Positions 63,894 through 64,000 of a stretch of 64,000 nt of DNA are shown here, piece after piece (the first letter of the stretch is position 1; the number at the start of each line of letters is the position of its first letter). The position numbers and the translations under genes are program-made. The notes beneath the pieces are model-generated. The model made no database searches, was not told the DNA's origin, and worked only from the letters and a program-made list of their open reading frames with translations. The stretch spans positions 47,152-111,151 of IMG/VR virus record IMGVR_UViG_3300038393_001027, one strand, 5' to 3'. Origin of the DNA: a virus.

Positions 63894-64000
63894 GCGCATG
63901 GGTAGGGCGCCCCAGTATCCCTAGGCGCATGGGTAGGGCGCCCCAGTATCCCTAGGCGCATGGGTAGGGCGCCCCAGTATCCCTAGGCGCATGGGTAGGG
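63874..64000. repeat. 31-bp perfect tandem repeat, at least 4 copies, cut by the window end
   Basis: GGGCGCCCCAGTATCCCTAGGCGCATGGGTA at 63874, 63905, 63936 and 63967. Confidence 0.95.

Noticed and set aside
63874-64000. 31-bp repeats as a CRISPR array
   Set aside because: Units are directly adjacent with no spacers, and no cas genes are visible.
1-64000. tRNA, rRNA, integrase or RNA polymerase subunit genes
   Set aside because: None recognised by eye; a tRNAscan-SE/Infernal run is needed to exclude small RNAs.

Overview
64 kb of a large, GC-rich (about 60-65% by eye) contractile-tailed phage with SPO1/Twort (Herelleviridae)-like virion genes and Bacillota-type Shine-Dalgarno sites. Almost all genes are on the minus strand. 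In transcription order (right to left): terminase large subunit; small Zn-finger genes; portal; an accessory block with three DUF2829/Tad2-like multi-domain genes; MuF-ParB; a 15-kb block of unusual large proteins; an antisense MT-A70 methyltransferase; protease/scaffold; major capsid; neck; sheath; tube; chaperones with a likely +1 frameshift; tape measure/lysin; baseplate; tail fibres; holin-amidase-holin; then about 11 kb of small accessory genes. Most notable is a candidate capsid-cargo system at 36448-51721. Its proteins carry the same hydrophobic-x-K/[SAG] motif as the predicted capsid maturation site and share a PGGxWxTxxGxHxYI tag. They include a 2096-aa polyprotein containing a complete sigma70-family factor plus a SNF2 ATPase, a second SNF2 ATPase, a GNAT and MuF-ParB. 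Six copies of a non-sigmaA promoter-like motif (TGTCACA-N16-GTAC) precede accessory genes and are a candidate target for that sigma factor. Also present: two diverged, inverted 0.4-kb non-coding elements 44 kb apart, and strong over-representation of the palindrome GGGCGCCC. All family assignments come from motifs recognised by eye; no searches were run.
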